From Octopus sinensis (taxonomy: Eukaryota), in the NCBI RefSeq assembly GCF_006345805.1, contig NW_021834606.1, positions 1 through 46,129 of the forward strand: a stretch of DNA of 46,129 nucleotides, in the 5' to 3' direction. The notes beneath the pieces are model-generated. The model ran no database searches, had not been told where the DNA came from, and worked only from the letters and a program-made list of their open reading frames with translations. This document shows positions 45,925 to 46,129 of the stretch, piece after piece. Made by a program: the position numbers and the translations under genes. The stretch's first letter is position 1. Each line of letters begins with the position of its first letter.

Positions 45925-46129
45925 TGTGTGTGTGAAGTGTGTATATAAATATACTGTTTGTATGTGAAGTATAAATATGATAATATATATAATATATATA
46001 TATTGTTTGTATGTGAAGTGTGTATATAAATATACACAAAAGAGACCGATATAGTAAGCACTAGGCTTACAAAGAATAAGTCCTGGGGTTGATTTCTTCA
46101 ACTGAAGGCGGCGCTCCAGTATGGCCACA

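Overview
AT-rich, microsatellite-dense eukaryotic DNA, most likely Octopus or another coleoid cephalopod (inferred from recalled SINE families and repeat style). One protein-coding gene is supported: a minus-strand SEC14-like lipid-binding gene (SEC14L2/3/4 type, CRAL-TRIO plus start of GOLD). Ten clear GT-AG exons lie between 1854 and 33566 and splice in frame, a probable further exon sits at 42923-42994, and the 3' end runs off the left edge. Nearly all listed ORFs are microsatellite, SINE or LINE artefacts. The introns hold tRNA-derived SINEs, RTE and CR1-type LINE fragments, piggyBac-type MITE arrays, non-autonomous Helitrons and satellites. The main unexplained signal is about 20 type-I hammerhead ribozyme (HHR) motifs from at least 8 sequence-unrelated small elements, mostly embedded in (TA)n. 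They include C3-G8 to U3-A8 compensated cores, U4C and A6U cores, a 325-bp HHR tandem array, many head-to-head foldbacks, and a 360-nt HHR unit with a 41-bp terminal redundancy. A diverged relative of that unit at 45.4-45.65 kb shows covarying stems. This looks like a Penelope-associated, retrozyme-like (possibly circular-RNA) element system. All ribozyme calls are by-eye folds; activity is untested.
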